Part shown: positions 17,712 through 26,486 of the stretch, piece after piece | Layout of the letters: the number at the start of each line of letters is the position of its first letter | Position numbering within the stretch: position 1 is the first letter of the stretch | Assembly (NCBI GenBank): GCA_035540975.1 | Contig: DATLFN010000146.1 | Coordinates: 14,010-78,009, forward strand | Source: Acidimicrobiales bacterium | GTDB lineage: Bacteria > Actinomycetota > Acidimicrobiia > Acidimicrobiales > GCA-2861595 | Direction of reading: 5' to 3' | DNA: 64,000 nt | Position numbers and translations under genes: made by a program | Notes under the pieces: model-generated | The model's input: only the letters and a program-made list of their open reading frames with translations | Database searches by the model: none | What the model was told of the DNA's origin: nothing

Positions 17712-19007
17712 TCAGAAGCGCCCGTGGGCCTGGTGGTTGCCCCGGTCCAGATGGCCGGTCGACTGCGCCAGGTTGCAGTCGCCGCTGATGGAGATCTTCA
17801 GCAGGTCACCCGAGCCCGGCTCCCCGTCATCGGTGAGCGTGTACGTCGCCGTCGCACTGCCGCCGTTGTTGCAGCGGCCCGTCGCCGAGCCCACCAGGGT
17901 GTCGAAGCCGGCCGTCGGGTTGCCGGGGTCGAGCTTGCGGTTGTCGCTGCACGAGGCCGAGATCACCGACTCGAGGTGGAAGCTCTGACCCGGGCCCCAG
18001 TTCACCTGGAGGTTGTTCGGCCCGTTGGAGGGGGTGCACTCGAGGCGGAAGCCGTGGGTCACCGCGCCGGCGGCGGGGGTTATGCGCCCGCCCCCGGTCA
18101 TCCAGCCCTTGGCCGGCGACGGCGGCGGCGGGGGCGGGGGCGGCCCCGTGGTCGTGGTGCACGGGTTGCCGTGGTAGTCGGCGATCGACTCGGCGACGAT
18201 GACGTTCCCGAGCAGGCGGCTCTCCAGCCACAGCGCCCGCTGGGTAAGCACGCCGTACCCGGGACCGGTGGAGACGCTCTGGTGGTTGAGGTGGAGCGTC
18301 AGCGCCTCCCGCAGCAGGACGTCGAGGTCCGCGTCCAGCACGAGCCCCTTGAACAACGCCTTGACCTCGAGCGACGCCTGCACGGTGGCGTAGAGCGACA
18401 CGTGCTCGTGACCGGGGACCAGCTCGACGACGAGCCCGTTCACACGGAGGCCGACGACCTGCGAGTGCCCGTCGAGGTACGGGGTGGCCGAGGTGGAGCA
18501 CTTCGCCTTGGCGTTGGAGGTCAGGACCGCGACCTCGATGCGGTTGCCCAGCACGGCGATGTCGAGCCGGGCGACGCCCGCCTCGGCCGTCGCCTTGCGG
18601 GCGAGCGCCGGGGACACCTTGAAGTCCTCGAGCAGTTGCGTGCCGCCGTAGAGCACCTTGAGATCGGCGCGGAGAAGCGGCGTCGTCAGCAGGTGCCGGT
18701 CGTACAGGTTGGCCGACACGTTGAGCTTGGCGAGGATGCCGGCGAAGTCCGTCTGGCACGGGTCCTGGGCGGCGTTGGCCGTGAACAGCTCGGCGTCGAC
18801 GCCGTCGAGGAGGCCGGCACCCTCCAGGCGGGCCAGCGCGGCGCGGCAGCTGAACGTGCCGTTCGGGGTGCCCACCGTGGTGGTGCCGCCGCCGCCCGTT
18901 CCCGGCTTCTTGGCCCCGGCCGGGCCGGCCGCGAGCACCGAGCCCAGTGCCGCCAACGCGACGGTGGCCGCCAGCAGACGCCTGCTCCTCGTCCTTGCCA
19001 TGGTCAT
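17712..19007 (-). CDS. Secreted two-domain protein with poly-Pro linker
   Basis: GAGGAGG lies upstream of ATG 19007 (MTMARTRSRRLLAATVALAALGSVLAAGPAGA, signal peptide). N-domain, then TTTGPPPPPPPPSPA linker, then a C-domain starting GWMTGGGRI...THGF.LEC and ending GNHQAHGRF. The track ORF extends to 20279, but that part is antisense to the ATPase gene. Confidence 0.75.
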   Translation of the reverse strand: MTMARTRSRRLLAATVALAALGSVLAAGPAGAKKPGTGGGGTTTVGTPNGTFSCRAALARLEGAGLLDGVDAELFTANAAQDPCQTDFAGILAKLNVSANLYDRHLLTTPLLRADLKVLYGGTQLLEDFKVSPALARKATAEAGVARLDIAVLGNRIEVAVLTSNAKAKCSTSATPYLDGHSQVVGLRVNGLVVELVPGHEHVSLYATVQASLEVKALFKGLVLDADLDVLLREALTLHLNHQSVSTGPGYGVLTQRALWLESRLLGNVIVAESIADYHGNPCTTTTGPPPPPPPPSPAKGWMTGGGRITPAAGAVTHGFRLECTPSNGPNNLQVNWGPGQSFHLESVISASCSDNRKLDPGNPTAGFDTLVGSATGRCNNGGSATATYTLTDDGEPGSGDLLKISISGDCNLAQSTGHLDRGNHQAHGRF

Positions 19008-19301
19008 TCCTCCTCGCGGCGAGACGAGGCGCGAGAAGTAGCGGGCCGGAACCCCGATCCATCCCCCACGACCAGCCGCCGAATCGCTGAACGCCGTAGC
19101 GCTCTCCAGGCTTGCAAGAGCGCCGCCGCCCCGAGTGTGGAGACGGTGACTAGTCATGTCAAGGAGCACTTCGACGCTGGTGTCGGGAGTTGTCGGGGCC
19201 GGCGGAGTTGGGCCGCCGGGCCGGCACGGGGGCGCCGCCCCGGGCAAGAGGTTCTGTAGGCCAGAAGGAAAAACCCTCCGCTTTACAGTAGCCTCTGGGG
19301 T

Positions 19302-20387
19302 GTGGCGCCTTCGCCGTTCCCGTACCACGGCCCCCTCGAGCCGGCCCAGGTCCAGGGCCGCGACGAACTTGTCAGCGACCTGATCGAGCGGGTCGGGAGC
19401 CGCCGGGTGACCGCCCTCCTCGGCCCCCGGCGCTACGGGAAGACGAGCGTCCTGCGCCGGGTGGCCGCCGAGCTGACCGGGACGACGACGGTGTGGGTCG
19501 ACCTGTACGAGGTGACGTCCATGCCCGATGTGGCGGTGCGCTTCGACGACGCCCTGGCCGCCACCACCGGGCGGTTCGCGAGGGCCGCCCGCCACGTGTC
19601 GGCCGGGCTGGCCCTCAACCTCGGCGCCGTCAAGGTCGAGCTCACCGGCCCGGCCCGCAGCCGGCCCGACGCCGACCTCACCTTCCACCGCCTGCTGGAC
19701 GTCCTGGTGGCGACCGCGGCCGAGGAGCCCACGCTCCTCGTGGTCGACGAGTTCTCCTCGATCGCCCGGGTGAAAGGCGCGGCGGGCGCCCTGCGGACCG
19801 CCGTGCAGCACCACTACCGGGAGCTGGGCATCGTCTTCGCCGGCTCGCACCCCTCGATGATGCGGACGCTGTTCACGTCGCGGGCCGAGCCCTTCTACGG
19901 CCAGGCCGACCTGGTGGAGATCGGCGCCCTGGACGCCGCGGCCGTGTCCGGGATCGTGGGCTCGGGGTTCGCGGCCACCGGGCGCGACGCCGGCCATGTC
20001 GCAGGCCTCATCGCCTCGTTCACCGCCGGGCACCCCCAGCGGACGATGCAGCTGGCCGACGCCTGCTGGCGCCACACACCGCCCGGCGGCACCGCCGGCC
20101 CGACGACGTGGAGCGCGGCCCTCGACGAGGTGCGCCGGTCCACCGCCGAGGGCATGGAGCGGCTGTACTCGGGGTTCGAGCGGGGCGAGCGATCGGTGCT
20201 GCGGGCCGTGGCGCGGGGCGGCAGCATCTACGGCGCCGAGGCGGGGCTGCTCGAGCTCTCGACGGGCACGGCCACCCACGCCCGGCGGGCCCTTCTCGAC
20301 AGCGGCGACCTGGTGGACACCGACGCCGGCCTGCGCGTGGTCGACCCCCTCCTGGCCGACTGGTTGCGGGAGCGCTTCCCGATCTGA
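19302..20387 (+). CDS. Arch-type AAA ATPase with C-terminal winged-helix-like region
   Basis: GRDELVSDLIERV, Walker A GPRRYGKTS, Walker B LLVVDEF. The C-terminus (SVLRAVARGG...ARRALLDSGDLV) is wHTH-like. GTG start at 19302. Confidence 0.8.
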   Translation: MAPSPFPYHGPLEPAQVQGRDELVSDLIERVGSRRVTALLGPRRYGKTSVLRRVAAELTGTTTVWVDLYEVTSMPDVAVRFDDALAATTGRFARAARHVSAGLALNLGAVKVELTGPARSRPDADLTFHRLLDVLVATAAEEPTLLVVDEFSSIARVKGAAGALRTAVQHHYRELGIVFAGSHPSMMRTLFTSRAEPFYGQADLVEIGALDAAAVSGIVGSGFAATGRDAGHVAGLIASFTAGHPQRTMQLADACWRHTPPGGTAGPTTWSAALDEVRRSTAEGMERLYSGFERGERSVLRAVARGGSIYGAEAGLLELSTGTATHARRALLDSGDLVDTDAGLRVVDPLLADWLRERFPI

Positions 20388-20411
20388 GGCGCGGCCTGCG
20401 TGACGGGCGCT

Positions 20412-21641
20412 TCAGCCGGCGAGCGCCGTCCGTCGCCGCTCGAGGAACGAGCGCTCGGCGGCGTTGGTCGCCAGCGAGATCGCCGCGGCGTAGGCCTCGT
20501 CCGCTGAGGCGTCGCGGCCGAGCCGGCGCAGCAGGTCGGCCCGGGTGGCGTGGAAGAGGTGGTAGCGGGCGAGGTCGCCGCCGAGCTCGTCGACGGCGGC
20601 CAGCGCGGCGGCCGGCCCGTCGGCCTCGGCCGCCGCCACCGCCCGGTTCAGCGCCACCACGGGCGTGGGCGCCAGCGCCAGGAGCTGGTCGTAGAGCGCC
20701 ACGATCTGGCACCAGTCCGTGTCCGCGGCGACGGCGGCGTCGCAGTGCACGGCGGCGACGGCGGCCTGGACCTGGTACGGGCCGGGCTGGTTGCGCCGCA
20801 GGCAGGCCCGCACCAGCGCGTGCCCCTCGGCGATCAGCTCGCGGTCCCAGAGCGACCGGTCCTGGTCGGCGAGGAGGACCAGCGACCCGTCGGGCGCCGT
20901 GCGGGCGGGGCGGCGGGCGTCGGTCAGCAGGAGCAGGCCGAGCAGGCCCGCGACCTCGGGCTCGTCGGGCATGAGCGAGGCGAGCAGGCGGGCCAGTCGG
21001 ACGGCCTCGTCGCACAGCTCGCGGCGGACGAGGTCGTCGCCCGCTGCCGCCGCGTACCCCTCGTTGAACACCAGGTAGACGACGGCGAGCACGGAGTGCA
21101 GGCGGTCGGGCAGCTCGGCCTGTCGGGGCACGCGGTAGGGGATCCGGGCGGCGGCGATCTTGCGCTTGGCCCGGACCAGGCGCTGGGCCATGGTCGCCTC
21201 GGGGACCAGGAAGGCGCGGGCGATCTCGGGGGTCTCGAGGCCGCCGAGCAGGCGCAGCGTGAGGGCCACTCGCGCCGCGGGGGCCAGTGCCGGGTGGCAA
21301 CAGGTGAAGATGAGCCGGAGCCGGTCGTCGGTCACCGGTCCCACCTCGAGTAGCGGTTCCCGCTCGGCGTGCAGCAGTGCGGCCTGGGCATGGCGGTCGG
21401 GGCGCGACGACTCGCGCCGGAGCCGGTCGATGGCGCGGTTGCGAGCAGTGGCCGTGATCCACGCCCCCGGGTTGGGGGGCAGGCCGGACCTCGGCCACCG
21501 CTCCACCGCCACCGCGAACGCCTCCTGGACCGCCTCCTCGGCGATGTCGATGTCGCCGAAGAGGCGGACCAGGGTGGCGACGGCGCGGCCCGACTCCCGC
21601 CGGAAGACCTCGCCGACGGCCGACGTCTCGACCTCGGGCAC
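20412..21641 (-). CDS. ECF-type sigma-70 factor with long C-terminal TPR-like extension
   Basis: Region 2 [17 protein letters not shown]. Region 4 [27 protein letters not shown]. About 240 aa of extension ([10 protein letters not shown]...). Start chosen at GTG 21641, 8 nt after the YCII stop; this is uncertain. Confidence 0.85.
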   Translation of the reverse strand: MPEVETSAVGEVFRRESGRAVATLVRLFGDIDIAEEAVQEAFAVAVERWPRSGLPPNPGAWITATARNRAIDRLRRESSRPDRHAQAALLHAEREPLLEVGPVTDDRLRLIFTCCHPALAPAARVALTLRLLGGLETPEIARAFLVPEATMAQRLVRAKRKIAAARIPYRVPRQAELPDRLHSVLAVVYLVFNEGYAAAAGDDLVRRELCDEAVRLARLLASLMPDEPEVAGLLGLLLLTDARRPARTAPDGSLVLLADQDRSLWDRELIAEGHALVRACLRRNQPGPYQVQAAVAAVHCDAAVAADTDWCQIVALYDQLLALAPTPVVALNRAVAAAEADGPAAALAAVDELGGDLARYHLFHATRADLLRRLGRDASADEAYAAAISLATNAAERSFLERRRTALAG

Positions 21642-21649
21642 CGGCGCGG

Positions 21650-22003
21650 CTACCCGGCGTCGTCCTGGAAGGGCCGGACCTCGACGGGGGCCAGGCAGGC
21701 GACGGTGCACCTGCGGGCCCACTCCAGGGCGGCGTCGAGGTCGGGCAGGTCGAGGACCCAGAACCCGCCCAGCTGTTCCTTCGTCTCGGCGAAGGGGCCG
21801 TCGGTGGTGACGACCTCGCCGCCGCGCACCCGCACGGTGGTGGCGGTGCTCGAGGGGTGGAGGCCCCCCGCGAACACCCAGGCGCCGGCGTCCTTGAGCT
21901 GCTGGTTGATGGCGTCCACGTCCTTGTACGCCTTCTCCATGACCTCCGGCGGCGGCGGCTCGGCGCTCTCGTCGATGTGCACGGAAAGCAGGTACTGCGT
22001 CAT
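21650..22003 (-). CDS. YCII/DGPF-domain protein
   Basis: [12 protein letters not shown]...[18 protein letters not shown]. Lies immediately upstream of the ECF sigma gene on the same strand. Confidence 0.85.
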   Translation of the reverse strand: MTQYLLSVHIDESAEPPPPEVMEKAYKDVDAINQQLKDAGAWVFAGGLHPSSTATTVRVRGGEVVTTDGPFAETKEQLGGFWVLDLPDLDAALEWARRCTVACLAPVEVRPFQDDAG

Positions 22004-22134
22004 CTCGATCTCCCCTCTCGACGGCCGGCCCCGTGCCGGTCCCTCACCACCACGACGAACGGGCACCGCCCCGATCGACATCCGGCGAGGATTTCCTCCC
22101 GCGTTCCTACCAGGACGTCTGGTGGAATGCGGCC

Positions 22135-22572
22135 GTGCGAGCCGTCGTCCAGCGGGTCACCTCGGCCCGGGTGCGGGTCGGCGGGGCGGTGGTCGGCCGG
22201 ATCGGGCCCGGTCTGTGCGTGCTGGTCGGCGTCACCCACGACGACACGGCGGCGGCGGCCGCACGGATGGCGGCCAAGCTGGCTGCGGTCCGGTTGTTCG
22301 GCGACGACGCCGGCGGGATGAACCGGTCGGTCGTCGAGGTGGGTGGCTCGGTCCTGGTCGTGAGCCAGTTCACCCTCTACGGGGAGGCCGGGCGGGGCCG
22401 GCGTCCCTCCTGGTCGGCGGCGGCACCCGGACCGGTGGCCGAGCCGCTGGTGGACGCGGTCGTCGACGGGCTCCGGGCGGTCGGCCTGCACGTGGAGACG
22501 GGCGTGTTCGGGGCGGCCATGGAGGTGGAGCTGGTCAACGACGGCCCGGTGACCCTGATCGTGGAGATCTGA
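22135..22572 (+). CDS. dtd: D-aminoacyl-tRNA deacylase
   Basis: GTG 22135. VRAVVQRV...[10 protein letters not shown]...[11 protein letters not shown]...RPSW...[11 protein letters not shown] are canonical Dtd blocks. Confidence 0.9.
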   Translation: MRAVVQRVTSARVRVGGAVVGRIGPGLCVLVGVTHDDTAAAAARMAAKLAAVRLFGDDAGGMNRSVVEVGGSVLVVSQFTLYGEAGRGRRPSWSAAAPGPVAEPLVDAVVDGLRAVGLHVETGVFGAAMEVELVNDGPVTLIVEI

Positions 22573-22647
22573 CGGCGCCTCGTCGCCGACGGGCCTGTGC
22601 CAACGTGGCGGATAGCCTTCGACCGCCTGGCCCCGCCGGGGCGGGCC

Positions 22648-23535
22648 ATGGAGATCTCGTCCGGGGACCAGCGGGTGGTCGTCACCGAGTCGGGCGCGAC
22701 GCTGCGGTGCTACGAGGTGGGTGGGCGGGCGGTGGTGGAGCCGTTCGACCGGCCGGAGGCGCCCGTCGTCGGGTGCCAGGGAGAGGTCCTGGCACCGTGG
22801 CCCAACCGGGTGGCCGACGGCCGCTGGACGTGGCGGGGCGACACCCGGCAGCTGTCGCTCACCGAGCCCGAACGCGGGCACGCGCTCCACGGCCTGGTGC
22901 GGTCGCTCACGTGGAGCGTCGTCGAGCACCACGCCGACCGCCTGGCGCTGGAGGTCCTCCTGCTGGCGCACCCGGGCTGGCCGTTCCCGATCCTCGCCTC
23001 CATGCGGTACGCCCTCGATGCCGACGGCCTGTCGTGCGCGTTGACGGCCACCAACATCGGCCGGGAGCCGTGCCCCTACGGCGCCGCCTTCCACCCCTAC
23101 CTGGCGCTGTCCGGCGGAGGGGTGGACGACGCCGTCCTCCACCTCGAGGCGGCGACGTGGCTGGAGACCGACGACCGGCTGATCCCGGTCGCCCGCCGGC
23201 CGACGAGAGGCACGCCGTTCGACTTCGTCGACGACGCGCCGGTGGGCTCCCGGCGCGCCGACACCGCCTTCACCGACCTCGGCCGCGGTGGGGGTGGGCG
23301 GGTGGAGGCGACGGTGAAGGGGCGCGACGGGAGGACGGCGGTGGTCTGGGGGGACGAGTCGGTGCGGTGGTGGCAGGTGTTCACGGGCGACGCCCTGCCC
23401 GAGTGGTGGAGGCGCACGACGCTCGCCCTCGAGCCGATGACGTGCGCTCCCGACGCGCTGAACTCGGGCGACGGCCTGGTCGTCCTGGACCCGGGCGAGC
23501 GTCACACGACGGCCTGGGGCCTCGCCCTGCGCTGA
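22648..23535 (+). CDS. Aldose 1-epimerase-family protein
   Basis: GCQGEVLAPWPNRV, HGLVR, GAAFHPYLAL, and LALEPMT are mutarotase-like blocks. Start taken at MEISSGD; the ORF begins at 22597. Confidence 0.8.
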   Translation: MEISSGDQRVVVTESGATLRCYEVGGRAVVEPFDRPEAPVVGCQGEVLAPWPNRVADGRWTWRGDTRQLSLTEPERGHALHGLVRSLTWSVVEHHADRLALEVLLLAHPGWPFPILASMRYALDADGLSCALTATNIGREPCPYGAAFHPYLALSGGGVDDAVLHLEAATWLETDDRLIPVARRPTRGTPFDFVDDAPVGSRRADTAFTDLGRGGGGRVEATVKGRDGRTAVVWGDESVRWWQVFTGDALPEWWRRTTLALEPMTCAPDALNSGDGLVVLDPGERHTTAWGLALR

Positions 23536-23540
23536 CCGGG

Positions 23541-23571
23541 GGGGGCGAGCGGCACGGCGGCGCTCGCCCCC
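23541..23571. terminator. GC-rich hairpin between convergent genes (possible bidirectional terminator)
   Basis: gggggcgagcg (23541-23551) pairs perfectly with cgctcgccccc (23561-23571), with a 9-nt loop. It sits between the stops at 23535 (+) and 23665 (-). There is no U-tract. Confidence 0.4.
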
Positions 23572-23664
23572 TCCCTCGAACCCGAGGAACCCCTGAGGCG
23601 GACGCGGGAGCGGCCGGGCCCGCCGGCCCGGCCGCTCGCCGAGGGATGCCCTACTGCGTGCGGA

Positions 23665-24186
23665 TCACGGGTCGCAGACGACGAGCAGCAGCGGCACGTC
23701 GACCGAGGTGCCGGCGGGCAGCAGGTGCAGCGCGTCGGTGTCGACCTTGTGGGGGAGGCCGTGGTGGTCGACCCCGGAGACCGAAACGAAGATCCGGCCG
23801 GAGCTCACCGAGGCACCGACGAACACGTTGCCCCTGACGACCGGGCACAGCACGTCGTGGGTGTCGACGCTGGCGTTCACCACGACGGCGGCATCCACGC
23901 CGATGTCGACGCAGACCTTGACCGCGGCCTTGGCGAAGGCGCTCACGTCGATCGTGTGGGTCTTGCCGCCGAGGGTGACCTTCACGGTCGGCGTGGTGGC
24001 GCCGATTACGTACACCGTCTTGCAGACCGTCCTGGTGTCCACCGAGGCGGTCCCCAGGACCTTGGCCACGGTGGTACCACCGGGCAGGTACAGCGTCGCC
24101 GCCGTCGGCCCGGCGCCGAGCCCGAGGAGGCTCACGCCCAGTGCGGTGGCGGCGAGCAGCCGCCGCCTCGTCTTCTGTCCCGCCAT
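23665..24186 (-). CDS. Small secreted hypothetical protein
   Basis: ATG 24186 (MAGQKTRRRLLAATALGVSLLGLGAGPTAA, signal/Tat-like). Beta-rich body with 4 Cys. Confidence 0.6.
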   Translation of the reverse strand: MAGQKTRRRLLAATALGVSLLGLGAGPTAATLYLPGGTTVAKVLGTASVDTRTVCKTVYVIGATTPTVKVTLGGKTHTIDVSAFAKAAVKVCVDIGVDAAVVVNASVDTHDVLCPVVRGNVFVGASVSSGRIFVSVSGVDHHGLPHKVDTDALHLLPAGTSVDVPLLLVVCDP

Positions 24187-24476
24187 GTTGCTCCTTTCGA
24201 GGACCCGTGCGCGCGCACATGGGTCGTTCCGGTACGGACGGGCCCGTTGCATTGGCGCGAGGCGAGTCGACGTCGCGAGCGGCTTTTGCCGCACGCCCTC
24301 CCCGGTCTCGCGTTGCTGGTCCGCCGTACGTGTTCCGCCAGTTGCCGCGAACGGTACCGTTCGCCCAGCCGGCGCGCAATACGTGTTCGCGACATCTTCT
24401 GCGTGTCGGCGGAGCAGAGGGGGATTTGCTTCTCGGGGGCGCCCCTCACCCTGGTGGGTTCGGACCTTTCGGCGCG

Positions 24477-25619
24477 ATGGAGGGGCTGTTTTCAGGGAAA
24501 TGGCGACCGGATGCCCTTCCGCGAAGCGAGGACGCTGGGCCGCCCCCGCTACGCTCGCCCGCCAGTGAGCGAGCGGGTGTCCGGTTGACCCTGGGGTTCC
24601 GCCGCCATCGCGGTCGCCCGGCCGACCCGCGGTGGACCAACGTGCTGCGAGCGGTGGCCCTCCTGTCCGGCGTGCTGGCCGTGGGCACGGGTGGTTACCT
24701 CGCCCTCGGCCTGTCGCCCCTGGACGCCCTCTACCAGTCCGTCACGACCGTGCTGACGGTGGGGTTCCGGGAAGTGGGCGAGCCGACGGCGGCGTTCCGC
24801 TGGTTCACCATCGTGCTCCTCCTGGTCGGGGTCGGCACGGTGCTCTACGCCCTGGGGGTGCTGTTCGAGGCGCTGGTCGAGGGACGGATCTCGGAGCAGT
24901 TCGAAAGGAGACGGATGGAACGTGAGCTGGCCGAGCTCCGAGACCACGTCGTGGTGTGCGGCTGGGGGCGGGTGGGGCAGGCGATCGGCGCGGCGCTCGC
25001 CCGAGGAGACGGGACCCCCGTCGTGGTGATCGAGCGGGACGCCGTCCTGGCCGGCGCCGTGCCCCGGTTGTTCGTCGACGGCGACGCGACCGACGACGGG
25101 GTGCTGCGCCGAGCCGGCGTCGACCGCTGCCGGGCGCTGGTCGTCGCCCTGCCGGAGGACGCCGACAACGTCTACGTCACCCTGTCCGCCCGGCGGGTGC
25201 GGCCCGACCTGTTCATCGTGGCGAGGGCGCACACCGAGGCGGCGGAGCCCCTGCTCATGCAGGCGGGCGCCAACCGGGTGGTGAACCCGCAGGCCCTGGG
25301 AGGCTCGCGCATGGCGGCGTTGGTGGAGCAGCCCCACGTGGCGGACTTCCTCGACGTCGCCATGCACAACGCCGGCCTCGAGTTCCGCCTGGCCGAGCTC
25401 TCGGTGGCGGCCCACTCGCCGGTCGTCGGCCAGTCGCTGCGGGACTCGCACCTGCGTGACGCCACGGGTGCCCTCGTGCTGGCGCTGCGAAGCGCCGACG
25501 GCGAGTTCCGGACCAACCCCGACCCGTCCGACGTCATGGCCGCCGGCGAGGTGCTCATCGCCATCGGCACCGAGACGCAGCTGGCCGCCCTGCGGCGCAT
25601 CGTCGAGGGCGGTCGGTAG
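24477..25619 (+). CDS. Two-TM K+-channel-like protein with RCK/TrkA N and C domains
   Basis: TM1 LRAVALLSGVLAVGTGGYLAL. Pore LDALYQSVTTVLTVGFREV. TM2 WFTIVLLLVGVGTVLYALGVLF. Rossmann VVVCGWGRVGQAIG. TrkA-C at the end. Start uncertain (ATG 24477 or a downstream GTG). Confidence 0.8.
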   Translation: MEGLFSGKWRPDALPRSEDAGPPPLRSPASERAGVRLTLGFRRHRGRPADPRWTNVLRAVALLSGVLAVGTGGYLALGLSPLDALYQSVTTVLTVGFREVGEPTAAFRWFTIVLLLVGVGTVLYALGVLFEALVEGRISEQFERRRMERELAELRDHVVVCGWGRVGQAIGAALARGDGTPVVVIERDAVLAGAVPRLFVDGDATDDGVLRRAGVDRCRALVVALPEDADNVYVTLSARRVRPDLFIVARAHTEAAEPLLMQAGANRVVNPQALGGSRMAALVEQPHVADFLDVAMHNAGLEFRLAELSVAAHSPVVGQSLRDSHLRDATGALVLALRSADGEFRTNPDPSDVMAAGEVLIAIGTETQLAALRRIVEGGR

Positions 25620-25629
25620 GCCGGTCGCT

Positions 25630-26442
25630 TCAGACCGGCCTGGCGCCCGACGCCACCTTGACGGCGACCGGGATCGCGTACCCGTCGCCGTCGGCGTAGC
25701 AGGCGACGAGGCGGTCGAACTCCGCCCGCACCCGCGTACGCACCTCCTCGGGTTGGCCGAGCACGGTCGCCCGGGTCCGCACCGTTCCCTCGAGCACGCC
25801 GTGCCACAGGTCGTCGGGGCTCGGCACCCGGTGCGCGAACGAGTGCGTGGCGACGGACACCTCGGTGAAGCCCGCCCCGGCCAGCAGCGCCGTGAACTCG
25901 GCGTCGTCGGAGAAGCGGAAGAACGGCGGGCCGTCGGGGACGCCAGGCGGCGGCGAGGCGCCGGCTGCGGACACGGCTTCGGCGAAGAGGCCCGGAAGGC
26001 GCCCACGCTCGGGGGAATCCCAGGCGGACAGCGCGGTGTGCCCACCCGGGACGACCACGCGGAACAACTCGCCCGCCGCGTCCTCCGGGCGGCCCAGGTG
26101 GAGGACGACGAAGTTGGCGACGGCGGCATCGAACGACCCGTCCGGGAAGGGGAGGTCGTGGGCGTCGGCCCGGCGGAACTCGACCGCGGGATGCGAGCGG
26201 CGGGCCAGGGCCAGCATCTGCTCGGCGAGATCGACGCCGACGACCGTGGCGCCGCGAGCGACGGCGGCACCGGCGACGACTCCCGGCCCGGAGCCCACGT
26301 CGAGCAGGCGATGGCCGGCACCGACCCGGGCGGCGTCGAGCAGGGCGCCGGCCACCTGCCCGGTGACCGGCGAGAAGAAGCGGTGGTACGCGTGCGCCCG
26401 CTCCTCCCACCCGGCCGCCTCGAAGGCGTCGAAGTCGCTCAC
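25630..26442 (-). CDS. Class I SAM-dependent methyltransferase
   Basis: Motif I LLDVGSGPGVVA, post-I VGVDLAEQML, motif II/III FDAAVANFVVLHL...VVVPGG. Confidence 0.85.
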   Translation of the reverse strand: MSDFDAFEAAGWEERAHAYHRFFSPVTGQVAGALLDAARVGAGHRLLDVGSGPGVVAGAAVARGATVVGVDLAEQMLALARRSHPAVEFRRADAHDLPFPDGSFDAAVANFVVLHLGRPEDAAGELFRVVVPGGHTALSAWDSPERGRLPGLFAEAVSAAGASPPPGVPDGPPFFRFSDDAEFTALLAGAGFTEVSVATHSFAHRVPSPDDLWHGVLEGTVRTRATVLGQPEEVRTRVRAEFDRLVACYADGDGYAIPVAVKVASGARPV

Positions 26443-26486
26443 CCGGGGAGTCTGGCACTCGCCTTCGTCGGTGGAAGAGTGGGCGC

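Noticed and set aside
16043-17788. 581-aa plus-strand ORF with its own striking periodicity
   Set aside because: The periodicity is just the mirror image of the 93-bp coding repeats on the minus strand. The minus-strand frame has an SD, sensible repeats and a C-terminal domain.
19008-20279. N-terminal 424 aa of the 855-aa ORF 17712-20279
   Set aside because: This part is antisense to the Walker-motif ATPase gene and reads as Arg/Gly-rich filler. An SD plus signal peptide mark the real start at 19007.
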